Shown here piece by piece: positions 47,315-56,070 of a stretch of 64,000 bases of DNA. The position numbers and the translations under genes were made by a program. Numbering within the stretch: the stretch's first letter is position 1; every line of letters begins with the position of its first letter. Source of the stretch: an uncultured Acidobacteriota bacterium (GTDB lineage: Bacteria; Acidobacteriota; Terriglobia; Terriglobales; Acidobacteriaceae); the NCBI GenBank assembly GCA_963699695.1, contig CAVOUU010000004.1:437762-501761 (forward strand), in the 5' to 3' direction. Below the pieces are notes generated by a model, which was not told where the DNA came from, made no database searches, and saw only the letters and a list, made by a program, of their open reading frames with translations.

Positions 47315-48516
47315 CAGTAAATGTTTACGTGAGACACAACCCGGCTGATGGCGCCATTCGGGCTGGGACAATCTGGCTGAAGACCCAGCCGCAAAGAACT
47401 GAACAGCCCCAATAGCTGGGCCAGCATCACGTCCAAGGGCGCGCGGTATGCGTCGGCAAGGTCGGGCGTATTCAAACAAAGCACATGATCTGCCAGCCCC
47501 CCGATCTGGTTTGTCGACTCCGGGGTTACCACCACCAAGAGCTTTACCAGCCGCTTTCTGTGTACTTCTTCGATCAGGTCCAGTTCGTACTTCCTGCGGC
47601 GCTGATCGCCAGAAAGAAAACTTACCAATACGGTGTTCTCGTCCAACACCGACATGGGGCCGTGGCGGAGGCCAAGTGAAGACTCCGACAAGGTAGTGAT
47701 TTTGCCGGCGGTCAGTTCCAGCAGCTTCAGGGCAGACTCGCGTGCCACGGCTTGCAGCACTCCGGAACCCACAAAAACGGCCCTGGAGAAATCCTCCTGC
47801 GCAATCGCAGCGGCAACTTCCTGGGCGCGCTCGAGAAAACGCTCTCCCGCTTGCTGCAGCACAGAAAAGGTATCGACGTAATCGCCGGGAGAATTTACAT
47901 GTGCAACGCAATGGCCGGCAATCACCATGTTCGTGAAAGAGCTGGTCATTGCCAGCCCGCGGTCGTTCGCCGTGTCGTCCAAGGCGAGCACAAAGGCCCG
48001 CTGGGGCGTCTTCTCACAAACGGCTGCCATCCGGCCTTGTCTGTTGCAGGTCACAATCAGGTGCCGCACTTTGGGATATCTTTCGATCGCGGCCTCGAGG
48101 ACGGCCAATCCTTCCGAACTTTCGCCGGAGCGCGAAAACGAGATCCACAAGTACGGCCGATCGGCAAAGACCAAGTCGTCAAGGTTTGTCAGAAGATCGG
48201 TACTGGGAACTGCCGACACCTCACATCCCCAGAGCTTTCGCAGCAAAGGTATCAGAGCCCGACCGACGTAATCGGATGTGCCGGCGCCCACGAGGTAGAC
48301 GTTAGGCCGAAGCGAGGGTTCTTCTCCGACTCCCGCTCCCTTGAGGAACTGAACTAGGTCCGGCCGTCGCTGGTGGCAAATCTCGTAGGTTTTCCGCCAA
48401 GTCTCGGGCTGACGCAGAATCTCGAGCGGAGTGTACCTGATGCCGCGGTCTTCCTTCTCCTTCTCGCTTGCCTCGACTAATGTTCGGAGCCCGTCCATGA
48501 CGTTTCGTTGAATCAA
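47314..48516 (-). CDS. agaS: Galactosamine-6-phosphate deaminase/isomerase AgaS (double SIS domain)
   Basis: 400 aa, collinear with E. coli AgaS as I recall it: LVGAGTSDYVG, SAVPSTDLLTN, ISFSRSGESSE, DRGLAMTSSFT, ARESALKLLELTAGK, GLRHGPMS and a C-terminal ISRVV. TTG start with AGGAGGG upstream. Confidence 0.85.
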   Translation of the reverse strand: MIQRNVMDGLRTLVEASEKEKEDRGIRYTPLEILRQPETWRKTYEICHQRRPDLVQFLKGAGVGEEPSLRPNVYLVGAGTSDYVGRALIPLLRKLWGCEVSAVPSTDLLTNLDDLVFADRPYLWISFSRSGESSEGLAVLEAAIERYPKVRHLIVTCNRQGRMAAVCEKTPQRAFVLALDDTANDRGLAMTSSFTNMVIAGHCVAHVNSPGDYVDTFSVLQQAGERFLERAQEVAAAIAQEDFSRAVFVGSGVLQAVARESALKLLELTAGKITTLSESSLGLRHGPMSVLDENTVLVSFLSGDQRRRKYELDLIEEVHRKRLVKLLVVVTPESTNQIGGLADHVLCLNTPDLADAYRAPLDVMLAQLLGLFSSLRLGLQPDCPSPNGAISRVVSHVNIY

Positions 48517-48546
48517 GCTCCCTCCTTCCGAACCGGATGCAAGCGC

Positions 48547-48605
48547 ATTATACTAGCACCAGTTATCGCAATATCTAGAAACGTTTAGAAACCATTATAG
48601 CAATA
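48547..48605 (-). promoter_or_regulatory. AT-rich agaS upstream region with nested direct repeats and two perfect TATAAT boxes (candidate operator/promoter)
   Basis: TTATCGCAATA (48563-48573), TAGAAAC (48576-48582), TAGAAAC (48586-48592) and TTATAGCAATA (48595-48605). On the gene strand, TATAAT occurs at 48552-48547 and 48599-48594. Confidence 0.4.
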
Positions 48606-48637
48606 GAACGAAATATCGCGGATTTCATCCCTGAAAA

Positions 48638-48748
48638 GTGGAAGCTCTTAAGGAGTGGGATCTCCCTGATGAAGTTTTGCGTCGTATGTATCCCGAGAAC
48701 GCAATGCGGCTGATGAAGACGACTACCGGAGCGGACTTTGCGGAGTAG
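48638..48748 (+). pseudogene. C-terminal fragment of an amidohydrolase-like gene (remnant)
   Basis: A 36-codon frame ending at TAG 48746-48748: VEALKEWDLPDEVLRRMYPENAMRLMKTTTGADFAE. It resembles the conserved C-terminal helix of amidohydrolase_2 proteins. An in-frame TGA sits immediately upstream. Confidence 0.35.
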
Positions 48749-48751
48749 GCA

Positions 48752-49513
48752 CTAGACGACGGTGACTTCGACGCCAGATTTCTTCAGCGCGTTCAGGTCG
48801 CCCTTGAGAATACCGGAGTCGGTGAGGACGTGTTGAAGGGCAGAGGGCGGAGCAATCAGCGAGAGGCTTCTTTTGCCGAATTTGCTCGAGTCGCAGACCG
48901 CCACGACTACCTTGGAGATCTCGATCATGGCCCGGTTTACTCTCGACTCCAAAAGATTCGGCGTGCTGATTCCATGCTGAACATCGAATCCGTCGACGCC
49001 GAGAAAAAGGATGTCCGCGTGCAATTTGTGGAGCGTCTCTTCTGCGATAGGCCCGACCAGGGAAAACGAGTTCTTCCGTAGATTACCCCCGCTCAAAATT
49101 ACTTCCACCGCCGATCCGGAGAGTTCGGCTGCAATATTCACCGCGTTGGTAATGATTGTCAGGTTCTGGAAGTTACGCAGGGCGCGCGCGATGGCGGTAG
49201 TGGTAGTGCCGGAATCGAGGATGACCACTTGTCCTTCGGACACCATGCGCGCGGCGGCCGCGGCAATCTGCAACTTCTCTTTGCGATGCAGCTTCTCTTT
49301 TTCTCTTAACGTCGGATCTTCGAGTGCGCCATCGGTCGCGGAAAGTGCGCCGCCGTGAGTGCGATGAATCAGGCCTTTCAGATGGAGGATGTCCAAGTCC
49401 TTGCGGATGGTGACCTGGGAAGTGTGAAACTGTTTGGCCAAGTCCACGACCAAGACTCGCCCATCCCGACGCAGCAACCCAAGGATTGCTCTTTGCCGCT
49501 CTTCGTTTAGCAT
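48752..49513 (-). CDS. DeoR-family transcriptional regulator (AgaR-like)
   Basis: 253 aa. N-terminal HTH (ERQRAILGLLRRDGRVLVVDLAKQFHTSQVTIRKDL) and a DeoR C-terminal sugar-phosphate sensor domain. Confidence 0.88.
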   Translation of the reverse strand: MLNEERQRAILGLLRRDGRVLVVDLAKQFHTSQVTIRKDLDILHLKGLIHRTHGGALSATDGALEDPTLREKEKLHRKEKLQIAAAAARMVSEGQVVILDSGTTTTAIARALRNFQNLTIITNAVNIAAELSGSAVEVILSGGNLRKNSFSLVGPIAEETLHKLHADILFLGVDGFDVQHGISTPNLLESRVNRAMIEISKVVVAVCDSSKFGKRSLSLIAPPSALQHVLTDSGILKGDLNALKKSGVEVTVV

Positions 49514-49706
49514 TCAGAATGTGTAGCGCCGCTCCGCGGCAGACCCGCCAATAGAAGATACTCTTAGCACTTCTCTTTTATCCCGCGTGGCATTCAGTTG
49601 TCTAGGAGAAAAGTGTCGGTTTGTTTCGTCCGAACTCCTTCTCGAATGCATAACTCAGTAGCCGCCCTCTGCCTGTAAAACGCAATGCCGATCAGCCAAC
49701 GTGCCG

Positions 49707-51854
49707 TTACTCGGGCCGAGCCTCGAGCAGCAAGTGCTGACTGAAGTCAGCGGAAAGTGTGGCCTTGGGCCCCTGCACCGTTCCCAAATCTTTATTGTTC
49801 ACATAATCGAACACGTGATAGGTACGGTCCTCCAGGCCGCGCAGTTCTAGCCTTCCGCTCCAGTGGCGGGCGTAGAACGCATAGTAAAGTTCCTGATCTT
49901 TACGGATCACGTGAGTCTCGGGAAGATCGAAGCCAATGTCGTAGAGATCCCCAAGATATTCGCCTCGCGACAGCATTTTGTCGTTGTAGATTTGAAGCCA
50001 CTTCTCGAAGATCTTTTGCCGCTGCGGTGTGAGATCCGACGTGCTGTGTTTAGTAACGAGATTAGGAAGCACAAACTGTGTACCTACGACCCCTCCCACG
50101 CCGACCGTCGAGGCGAAATCGATCGCGCCATCGCTCAACTCGACATGGTCGCCAAAATAGGGAATGTTGTCTCCCATGAGCGCTTTCAAAGTCTTTCCCT
50201 TGGAGCGGATCTGAAACGAACTCTCCGGATCAGATGCAACTGACATGTTGAAATGCGGCATGGTAAAAAACGAGTACGCGGTACCGCAGGGACAAAATTC
50301 CACCAAGGCGTCCGGCTTTACGCTGCGGGCGGTTTCGTAAATCTCCCGAAAGAAATCGGGCAACGCTTCAACCGAGTCCTCCGGACTCTTGTGGTGGTGC
50401 GCCGGGTTGTAACAAGGAGGGACCGCATTCATGTGCTGCCCATCAAGCTTGAGGCCGTCGAATCCCCACTCGCCGAGAATCTTGCGAACCAGCGCTTTGT
50501 GATATTCGATGACCCCGCGCTCGGACGGACATAAGTAATATGAATTCCACCATGAGATCTTCCGCTTCGATCCATCGCGATTCAGCAGAAGAAAGTCGGG
50601 ATGCTCTTTTAGCAATGTTGAATCGGGTACGGCGCTCAACGGCGACCACCACAGCTGCGCTTTGAAACCTTCGGCGTGAATCCGATCCACCAGAGCTTTC
50701 ATGTCAGCGTCGCCGTTGGGAAATTTCTTGGGATCGAGTTCCCAATCGCCATAGTTATTCTGCCAACCATCGTCGAGCGTCACCCAGCTGAAGCCCATTT
50801 TCTTGACCGTCGGCAGCGTATCGTAAACCTGCTTCAGTTTTACCGAGCGGCCGTAACCCCATGCACACCAAATCGGGCCAAAGGCGCTGTCAGGCGCCGA
50901 GGCCATTTGAAATCCCTGCTGCACCATGAGCCGGCGATACTCGGCGAGGGTGCGAAAGTAGTCTCCTTGATGCACGGAGACAAACGTGCGCAGGGTGTGA
51001 AAACTCTCTCCGGGTTCGAGAGTCCGGTCGTGGTTGGCGCGGACGGCAACTGTAGCGTGGCTCGCATCGGGCATGGAGACAGGAAGCGATACCAGGCGCG
51101 GACCTGGTTCTACGTCGCCGACAGCAAGTCCTACGTCTCTGCGCCATACATCGATAATCGGAGTTCCTCCGCCGTAGTCGCTGGCATTCATGCCGAGAAA
51201 ATTTTCCTGCTTAAATCCGGCGTGCAGTGGAAGCACCCAATTGGGGCGCTTCTCATACGACCCACTTTGATAGGACCAAAATGCCGGGCTGGGTGCCGCG
51301 ATAGTCGCGTGCAGAGAATATCGATTGTTGGCCCAACTGCGAATTGAGAGTCTAGCGGCGCCTTCGTTCGTGTAGCAAACGTCGAAGATTGCGAAGCCGG
51401 GGAAGTCAGAGTAAATCGTGACCGAGACATCCTTGCGCAGATCGCCAGCCTTGCCCGTTAGCGAGAGCCGCTCGCCGGAACCGAACGCATCCGAAACACG
51501 CTCACGGCGGCTCGCGCTCAGCGGGAAATCACGCCACGTGCGAATGCCAGTAACCGTTTCCGACGCGGAAAACGGAGTCAGGAATTGCGGGCTGGGACCT
51601 ACCAGTGCGACGACCCGGCTGCGCAGGTTTTGGTCGAATTCGATACGCAAGACAGAGCTTTGGATCTGGAGGTTGGTGGAGGTTTCCAGTAGGGCCGCGG
51701 ATGGAGATTTCTGAGCGGAATCGTTCTGGCCCGCGTTCCAGACGGGCAGGGCAAGGGCAAGCAAAACCGAGGCAACAGTGCGCCCGGCTCTCGAAAGCGA
51801 CCATCGGTGGTTCTCGGGGCGATGGCTTACGCGCTGATTAGATTGCTTTTTCAT
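49707..51854 (-). CDS. Secreted GH36-like alpha-galactosidase family protein
   Basis: 715 aa. Signal or anchor sequence, N-terminal beta-sandwich, catalytic region FSWVTLDDGWQNNYGDW, FKAQLWWSP and FDGLKLDG. Confidence 0.8.
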   Translation of the reverse strand: MKKQSNQRVSHRPENHRWSLSRAGRTVASVLLALALPVWNAGQNDSAQKSPSAALLETSTNLQIQSSVLRIEFDQNLRSRVVALVGPSPQFLTPFSASETVTGIRTWRDFPLSASRRERVSDAFGSGERLSLTGKAGDLRKDVSVTIYSDFPGFAIFDVCYTNEGAARLSIRSWANNRYSLHATIAAPSPAFWSYQSGSYEKRPNWVLPLHAGFKQENFLGMNASDYGGGTPIIDVWRRDVGLAVGDVEPGPRLVSLPVSMPDASHATVAVRANHDRTLEPGESFHTLRTFVSVHQGDYFRTLAEYRRLMVQQGFQMASAPDSAFGPIWCAWGYGRSVKLKQVYDTLPTVKKMGFSWVTLDDGWQNNYGDWELDPKKFPNGDADMKALVDRIHAEGFKAQLWWSPLSAVPDSTLLKEHPDFLLLNRDGSKRKISWWNSYYLCPSERGVIEYHKALVRKILGEWGFDGLKLDGQHMNAVPPCYNPAHHHKSPEDSVEALPDFFREIYETARSVKPDALVEFCPCGTAYSFFTMPHFNMSVASDPESSFQIRSKGKTLKALMGDNIPYFGDHVELSDGAIDFASTVGVGGVVGTQFVLPNLVTKHSTSDLTPQRQKIFEKWLQIYNDKMLSRGEYLGDLYDIGFDLPETHVIRKDQELYYAFYARHWSGRLELRGLEDRTYHVFDYVNNKDLGTVQGPKATLSADFSQHLLLEARPE

Positions 51855-52109
51855 GTTGCCCGGCCAGTCTTATTGAAATCATCTTCGCTCAAGGCGTGAA
51901 TATTTACGATGTGTTGCGAATGAATTCCTTTTACGTTTTAGGCTCCGCATTGTCAAGAACCGATCGCCGGTCGCGGGATGGCCATGAGTCCCTCCCAATG
52001 GAGGAAGCAGAGTCTCCGGCATGGGGGGTTGGAATCTTGTTGACTGCAGCTTTCCCCGGATATCCGAATCCTAGCGCGGGAGTTGATGGCTCAGATTTGC
52101 CTTTTACGC

Positions 52110-52139
52110 TTGACAAAGCGGGGGGATCGCACGGATAGT
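52110..52139 (+). promoter_or_regulatory. Candidate sigma70-type promoter (TTGACA-18-GATAGT)
   Basis: Perfect -35 hexamer at 52110-52115, followed by AAACG-rich repeats (GTAAACGCTATAAAACGCAACAAAACGA) before the receptor gene. Confidence 0.3.
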
Positions 52140-52209
52140 GTGAGCGAAAGTAAACGCTATAAAACGCAACAAAACGAATACACCTGCTTGATCTTGGTGT
52201 GAGGCGTCC

Positions 52210-55200
52210 ATGCGAGTTCGAAGAGCAGAGTGCTTGGCGGGCGGTCGTCGTGTCGGCGCCACCGTGCTGTTTTCCGTTGTCGCAATCCTCGCTTCAGCCA
52301 TTTCCCTTTGGAGCCAGGGTTCCTACCGGGCGCAGTTGCGCGGAGTCGTTTCCGATGCGTCGGGTGCGGTCGTCGCACATGCCAAAGTGACTATCCGGGA
52401 CGTCGGCACGAACATTGCCAGTTCCGCAGTTACTGACGACAAAGGCTCCTATCACTTTACCGATTTGCGTCCTTCCACCTATGTCGTGAAGGTCGTGGCG
52501 GCAGGCTTTCGCCCGGCAGAACAAACCGGCGTGGTTCTGGCGGTCGATCAAGAATCGTCGCTGAATTTTAAACTGAATATTGCCGGCGCATCGACCTCTG
52601 TCAGCGTTACCGCTGCGGCACCTCTGCTCGACACCGATAATGCGACGCTAGGCACGGATATCACCAGCGAATACATAAAGGAACTCCCTCTCATCAACCG
52701 CAGCTTCTTCGGCCTGATGTTTTTATCGGCAGGCGTGACAGAAGTCGCCGGGTCGGGCACGCAAGATAACTATCCTTCGGGTACCAACTTCGTTTCCAAC
52801 GGACAGCGCAACGCGACCGCGGAGGTTCGATTGGATGGCGCGCTGCTTAGCGCGCCCGAACAAGGCGAAGGCGGAAACTCCAATGTTTATTACGAGCCGC
52901 TGGTCGAGAGCATGCAGGAAGTCAAAGTCGAAAACAACAGCTTCTCGGCGGAGTTCGGCAACAACGGCGGGACCGTCGTGAACATGGCCATGAAGAGCGG
53001 GACGAACTCCTTCCATGGCAGCGGCTGGTATTTCTTGCAGCGTCCGCAAATGGATGCCCGCGATTTCTTCAACCCCGAGCCCAATCCCAAACCGGACTCC
53101 CGGCGAGACCAAGGAGGGTTTTCGCTTGGCGGACCGATAAAAAAGGATCGCACGTTTTTCTTCGTGGATTTTGAGAAAGTCCGCAGTATATCCGCGTCCA
53201 GCTACGTGGCGACTGTGCCAACTGCGGGAGAGCGGACCGGCGACTTTTCCGCGACCGCAAATCCCATTTACGATCCGCTGCAACCGCTGGTGAATTGCAC
53301 TGCACCCGCGACCGGTCTATGCAGGCCGCAGGTTCCGAACAATAAAATTCCTTCGACCGAAATTGATCCCATCGGGCTTGGCGTGCTTAACCTCTACCCG
53401 CAACCTAACCTCCCCGGAGAATTCAACAACTACAATTTCACCACCGCCGCAAATTCACCGGATTACCAGTTCGATATCAAAGTTGATCATCAGATCAACG
53501 ACAAGCAGCGCATTAACGGCCGCTACAGCCGGAGTTGGAACAATTTCACCACTGCGGAGACTTTAGGCGACGGTTTTGATAATGACGGAATCGCGAACGG
53601 CCCCACCACGGCGCAAAACGGCTCGTTCGAGTATTCCTGGACGATCAACCCGCGCACGGTCTGGACAAACCATGCCGCCGTCGATCGCGTGCATGAAAAA
53701 GCCACGTCCGGTATCCCGTCGATCTCCAGCTTCAACGCTTCCTTGCCGAGCGGCGTTCCGGGATTACCGGCGTTGTTGGTGCAGGCGAACGGAATCGATC
53801 AGATGCCAACGTTCTCGATGACGGGTGCGTCGCCGTGGACCGATCTTTTCGACCAGTGCTGCATAGCGACAACCTTTGCCCATACTTTGTACAGCTATTC
53901 GTCGCAGGTAGTGATTTCCAAAGGTCCGCACCTGATCAAGTTCGGAGGTGAGCAGAGGCTGTTCTATAACAATTTTTTTCAGCCGCCAAATCCGACTGGC
54001 GTATTCAATTTTTCGGATTACGTAACCTCGCGGACCCCGAACAGCGATACAGATGCGCTGGGGAACGCGACCGGCAATCCGTTTGCCAGCCTTCTTTTTG
54101 GTTACGCCGACAATGTAAACCCTCCCAGTTACGTTCCTCCTTCACTGAATATCTATCCCGCGGTCGCGAATAAATCGGCTGAGACAGGCTTTTATATTCA
54201 GGATGACTGGAAGGTAACCTCAAGACTTACGGTCAATCTTGGCCTGCGTTACCAGTGGAGCACGCCCTACAACGAGCGCTACAACCGGCTCCAATTCAGC
54301 AATTTCACCGCGGATAGCGGCGTAAACATTAACCTTGCCAGCGTTCCCGGCAGCGCGCCTGCAGGCACCTTGAGCGCGCAGGCAATGATGCTGGGGATCG
54401 CGAACCTTCCGACGACTGAAGAGTTGAATGGCACTACAGAGTTCGCCACATCCAGTCGCAGGAGCGTTCCAACGTATCGCAAAGATGTTGGACCAAGGCT
54501 CGGTTTTGCGTTTCAGGTCGATTCGAAGACGGTGGTGCGCGGCGGGGCCGGCATATATTTCGGAATGAGTCCGGCCACAAACTTCCAGTATCCGGGCACC
54601 GCCTTCCGCAAGACCGCCACCATGTTCTTCACCAACAATAATTTTGCAACTCAATCCGCGACGCTGGAGAATCCGTTTCCGGGTGGACTCACAGGGCCGC
54701 AGGGCATGCAGTACGGCGCGCTGGCTAATTGGGGATACGGCAACAACAACGATCTGGGCACAACGGCCGCGCGAGACGCCGAGATTTATCAGTGGAACAT
54801 CGGGATCCAACGGGCGTTGCCCAGCGAAATTGTGCTCGGATTGGATTACTCCGCAAACCGGAGCACCCATCTGCCGTGGTCCGGCACCAACAACCGGGAT
54901 TACATTCCGTCGACTCTGCTGGCGAAGATTTCAGCTGCGGTCACTCCCACCGATTCCACCTGCCAGACCGACAGTTGCGTAAGCAACTTTCTCCAAACCC
55001 AGGTGGGCAACCCGTTCGCGTCGATGTTCAGCCCGGGTTGCGCTCCTTCACCCGCGAACCCGTGCTTCAACGAACCCGATTCGAACTACGGCCAGCCGAC
55101 TCTTCCGCTGGGAAATCTGCTCAACTCCTACCCTCAATTCGCCGGAGACTTTGAAGGCTTGATGCTGGAGGAGGCCAGTTCCTGGTACAACGCGATGCAG

Positions 55201-55959
55201 ATTCGTTTTCAGAAGCGCACTACGCATCACGTCAGCTTCGATGGCAGCTACACGGTTTCGAAAGCGACTGACGATTCCTCCGCGGGCAGAAACAACTTTA
55301 TTGGTTCTCTGTCGTACGGCTTGCCGCAGCAACTGGATCGCCTGAATTTAGAGCACAGCATTGGCGCCAACGACACGCCGCAACGTCTAGCCGCGGCAGT
55401 CGTCATTGATTTGCCGGTCGGCCGAAAACAATGGATTGGCGGCGATATGAACCGCGCGCTCGACGCCGTCGTCGGAGGCTGGTCGATTGCAACTTTGATC
55501 ACCGAACAATCAGGTCAACCGATGGCGATCTCCATGGCTACTCCTCGGCTGGCGAATGGCAGCCAGCGGCCGAGCGTCGTGTGCTCGCAACTTAAGTCTG
55601 GGCTGAGCATGAATGACGTTGCCATGAGCTGGCAAAATGCTACGCCACTCTCTTTCTTTAACTCGAACTGCTTCGCCGATCCGGGAGATCAGAATCCGGG
55701 CAATGCCCCGCGCTACTTTCCCGGCTTGCGCGTGGCCGGCATCCACAACGCGGATCTGAATCTCTATAAGTCGTTTGTGCCGAGGGAAGGCTGGAAGTTG
55801 GATGTGCGGGCGGAAATCTTCAACCTCACCAATCATCCTCGCTTCGGCTTCCAGCAGTCGAACTTGGCGTTTGGAAATTCTCAGTTCGGGGGAATTAGCA
55901 GTGATGCGCCGGGTTACTTGCCTCGATACTTCCAGTTCGGAGTCAGGCTCGAGTTCTGA
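52210..55959 (+). CDS. TonB-dependent outer-membrane receptor with a CarboxypepD_reg-like N-domain
   Basis: 1,249 aa. Signal peptide, LRGVVSDASGAVVAHAKVTIRD, plug and large barrel, C-terminal FGVRLEF. Paralogous to 25679..29209 and 59618..63268. Confidence 0.9.
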   Translation: MRVRRAECLAGGRRVGATVLFSVVAILASAISLWSQGSYRAQLRGVVSDASGAVVAHAKVTIRDVGTNIASSAVTDDKGSYHFTDLRPSTYVVKVVAAGFRPAEQTGVVLAVDQESSLNFKLNIAGASTSVSVTAAAPLLDTDNATLGTDITSEYIKELPLINRSFFGLMFLSAGVTEVAGSGTQDNYPSGTNFVSNGQRNATAEVRLDGALLSAPEQGEGGNSNVYYEPLVESMQEVKVENNSFSAEFGNNGGTVVNMAMKSGTNSFHGSGWYFLQRPQMDARDFFNPEPNPKPDSRRDQGGFSLGGPIKKDRTFFFVDFEKVRSISASSYVATVPTAGERTGDFSATANPIYDPLQPLVNCTAPATGLCRPQVPNNKIPSTEIDPIGLGVLNLYPQPNLPGEFNNYNFTTAANSPDYQFDIKVDHQINDKQRINGRYSRSWNNFTTAETLGDGFDNDGIANGPTTAQNGSFEYSWTINPRTVWTNHAAVDRVHEKATSGIPSISSFNASLPSGVPGLPALLVQANGIDQMPTFSMTGASPWTDLFDQCCIATTFAHTLYSYSSQVVISKGPHLIKFGGEQRLFYNNFFQPPNPTGVFNFSDYVTSRTPNSDTDALGNATGNPFASLLFGYADNVNPPSYVPPSLNIYPAVANKSAETGFYIQDDWKVTSRLTVNLGLRYQWSTPYNERYNRLQFSNFTADSGVNINLASVPGSAPAGTLSAQAMMLGIANLPTTEELNGTTEFATSSRRSVPTYRKDVGPRLGFAFQVDSKTVVRGGAGIYFGMSPATNFQYPGTAFRKTATMFFTNNNFATQSATLENPFPGGLTGPQGMQYGALANWGYGNNNDLGTTAARDAEIYQWNIGIQRALPSEIVLGLDYSANRSTHLPWSGTNNRDYIPSTLLAKISAAVTPTDSTCQTDSCVSNFLQTQVGNPFASMFSPGCAPSPANPCFNEPDSNYGQPTLPLGNLLNSYPQFAGDFEGLMLEEASSWYNAMQIRFQKRTTHHVSFDGSYTVSKATDDSSAGRNNFIGSLSYGLPQQLDRLNLEHSIGANDTPQRLAAAVVIDLPVGRKQWIGGDMNRALDAVVGGWSIATLITEQSGQPMAISMATPRLANGSQRPSVVCSQLKSGLSMNDVAMSWQNATPLSFFNSNCFADPGDQNPGNAPRYFPGLRVAGIHNADLNLYKSFVPREGWKLDVRAEIFNLTNHPRFGFQQSNLAFGNSQFGGISSDAPGYLPRYFQFGVRLEF

Positions 55960-56070
55960 GCGCCGTCGGGTTCAAATATCGAATGAAGGTTTAACCATAA
56001 CAAGTGTGTGGTCCGGGCTGAGATTCGCTGGATGGCGCGTTGTTGTCGCGATGTAATTCGGAAGGCACCC

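Noticed and set aside
47315-47911. 199-codon N-terminal extension of the 45191..47911 ORF
   Set aside because: The extension lies entirely inside agaS in another frame and is Arg/Cys-rich. A signal-peptide-bearing start at 47314 gives a stop/start overlap with agaS.
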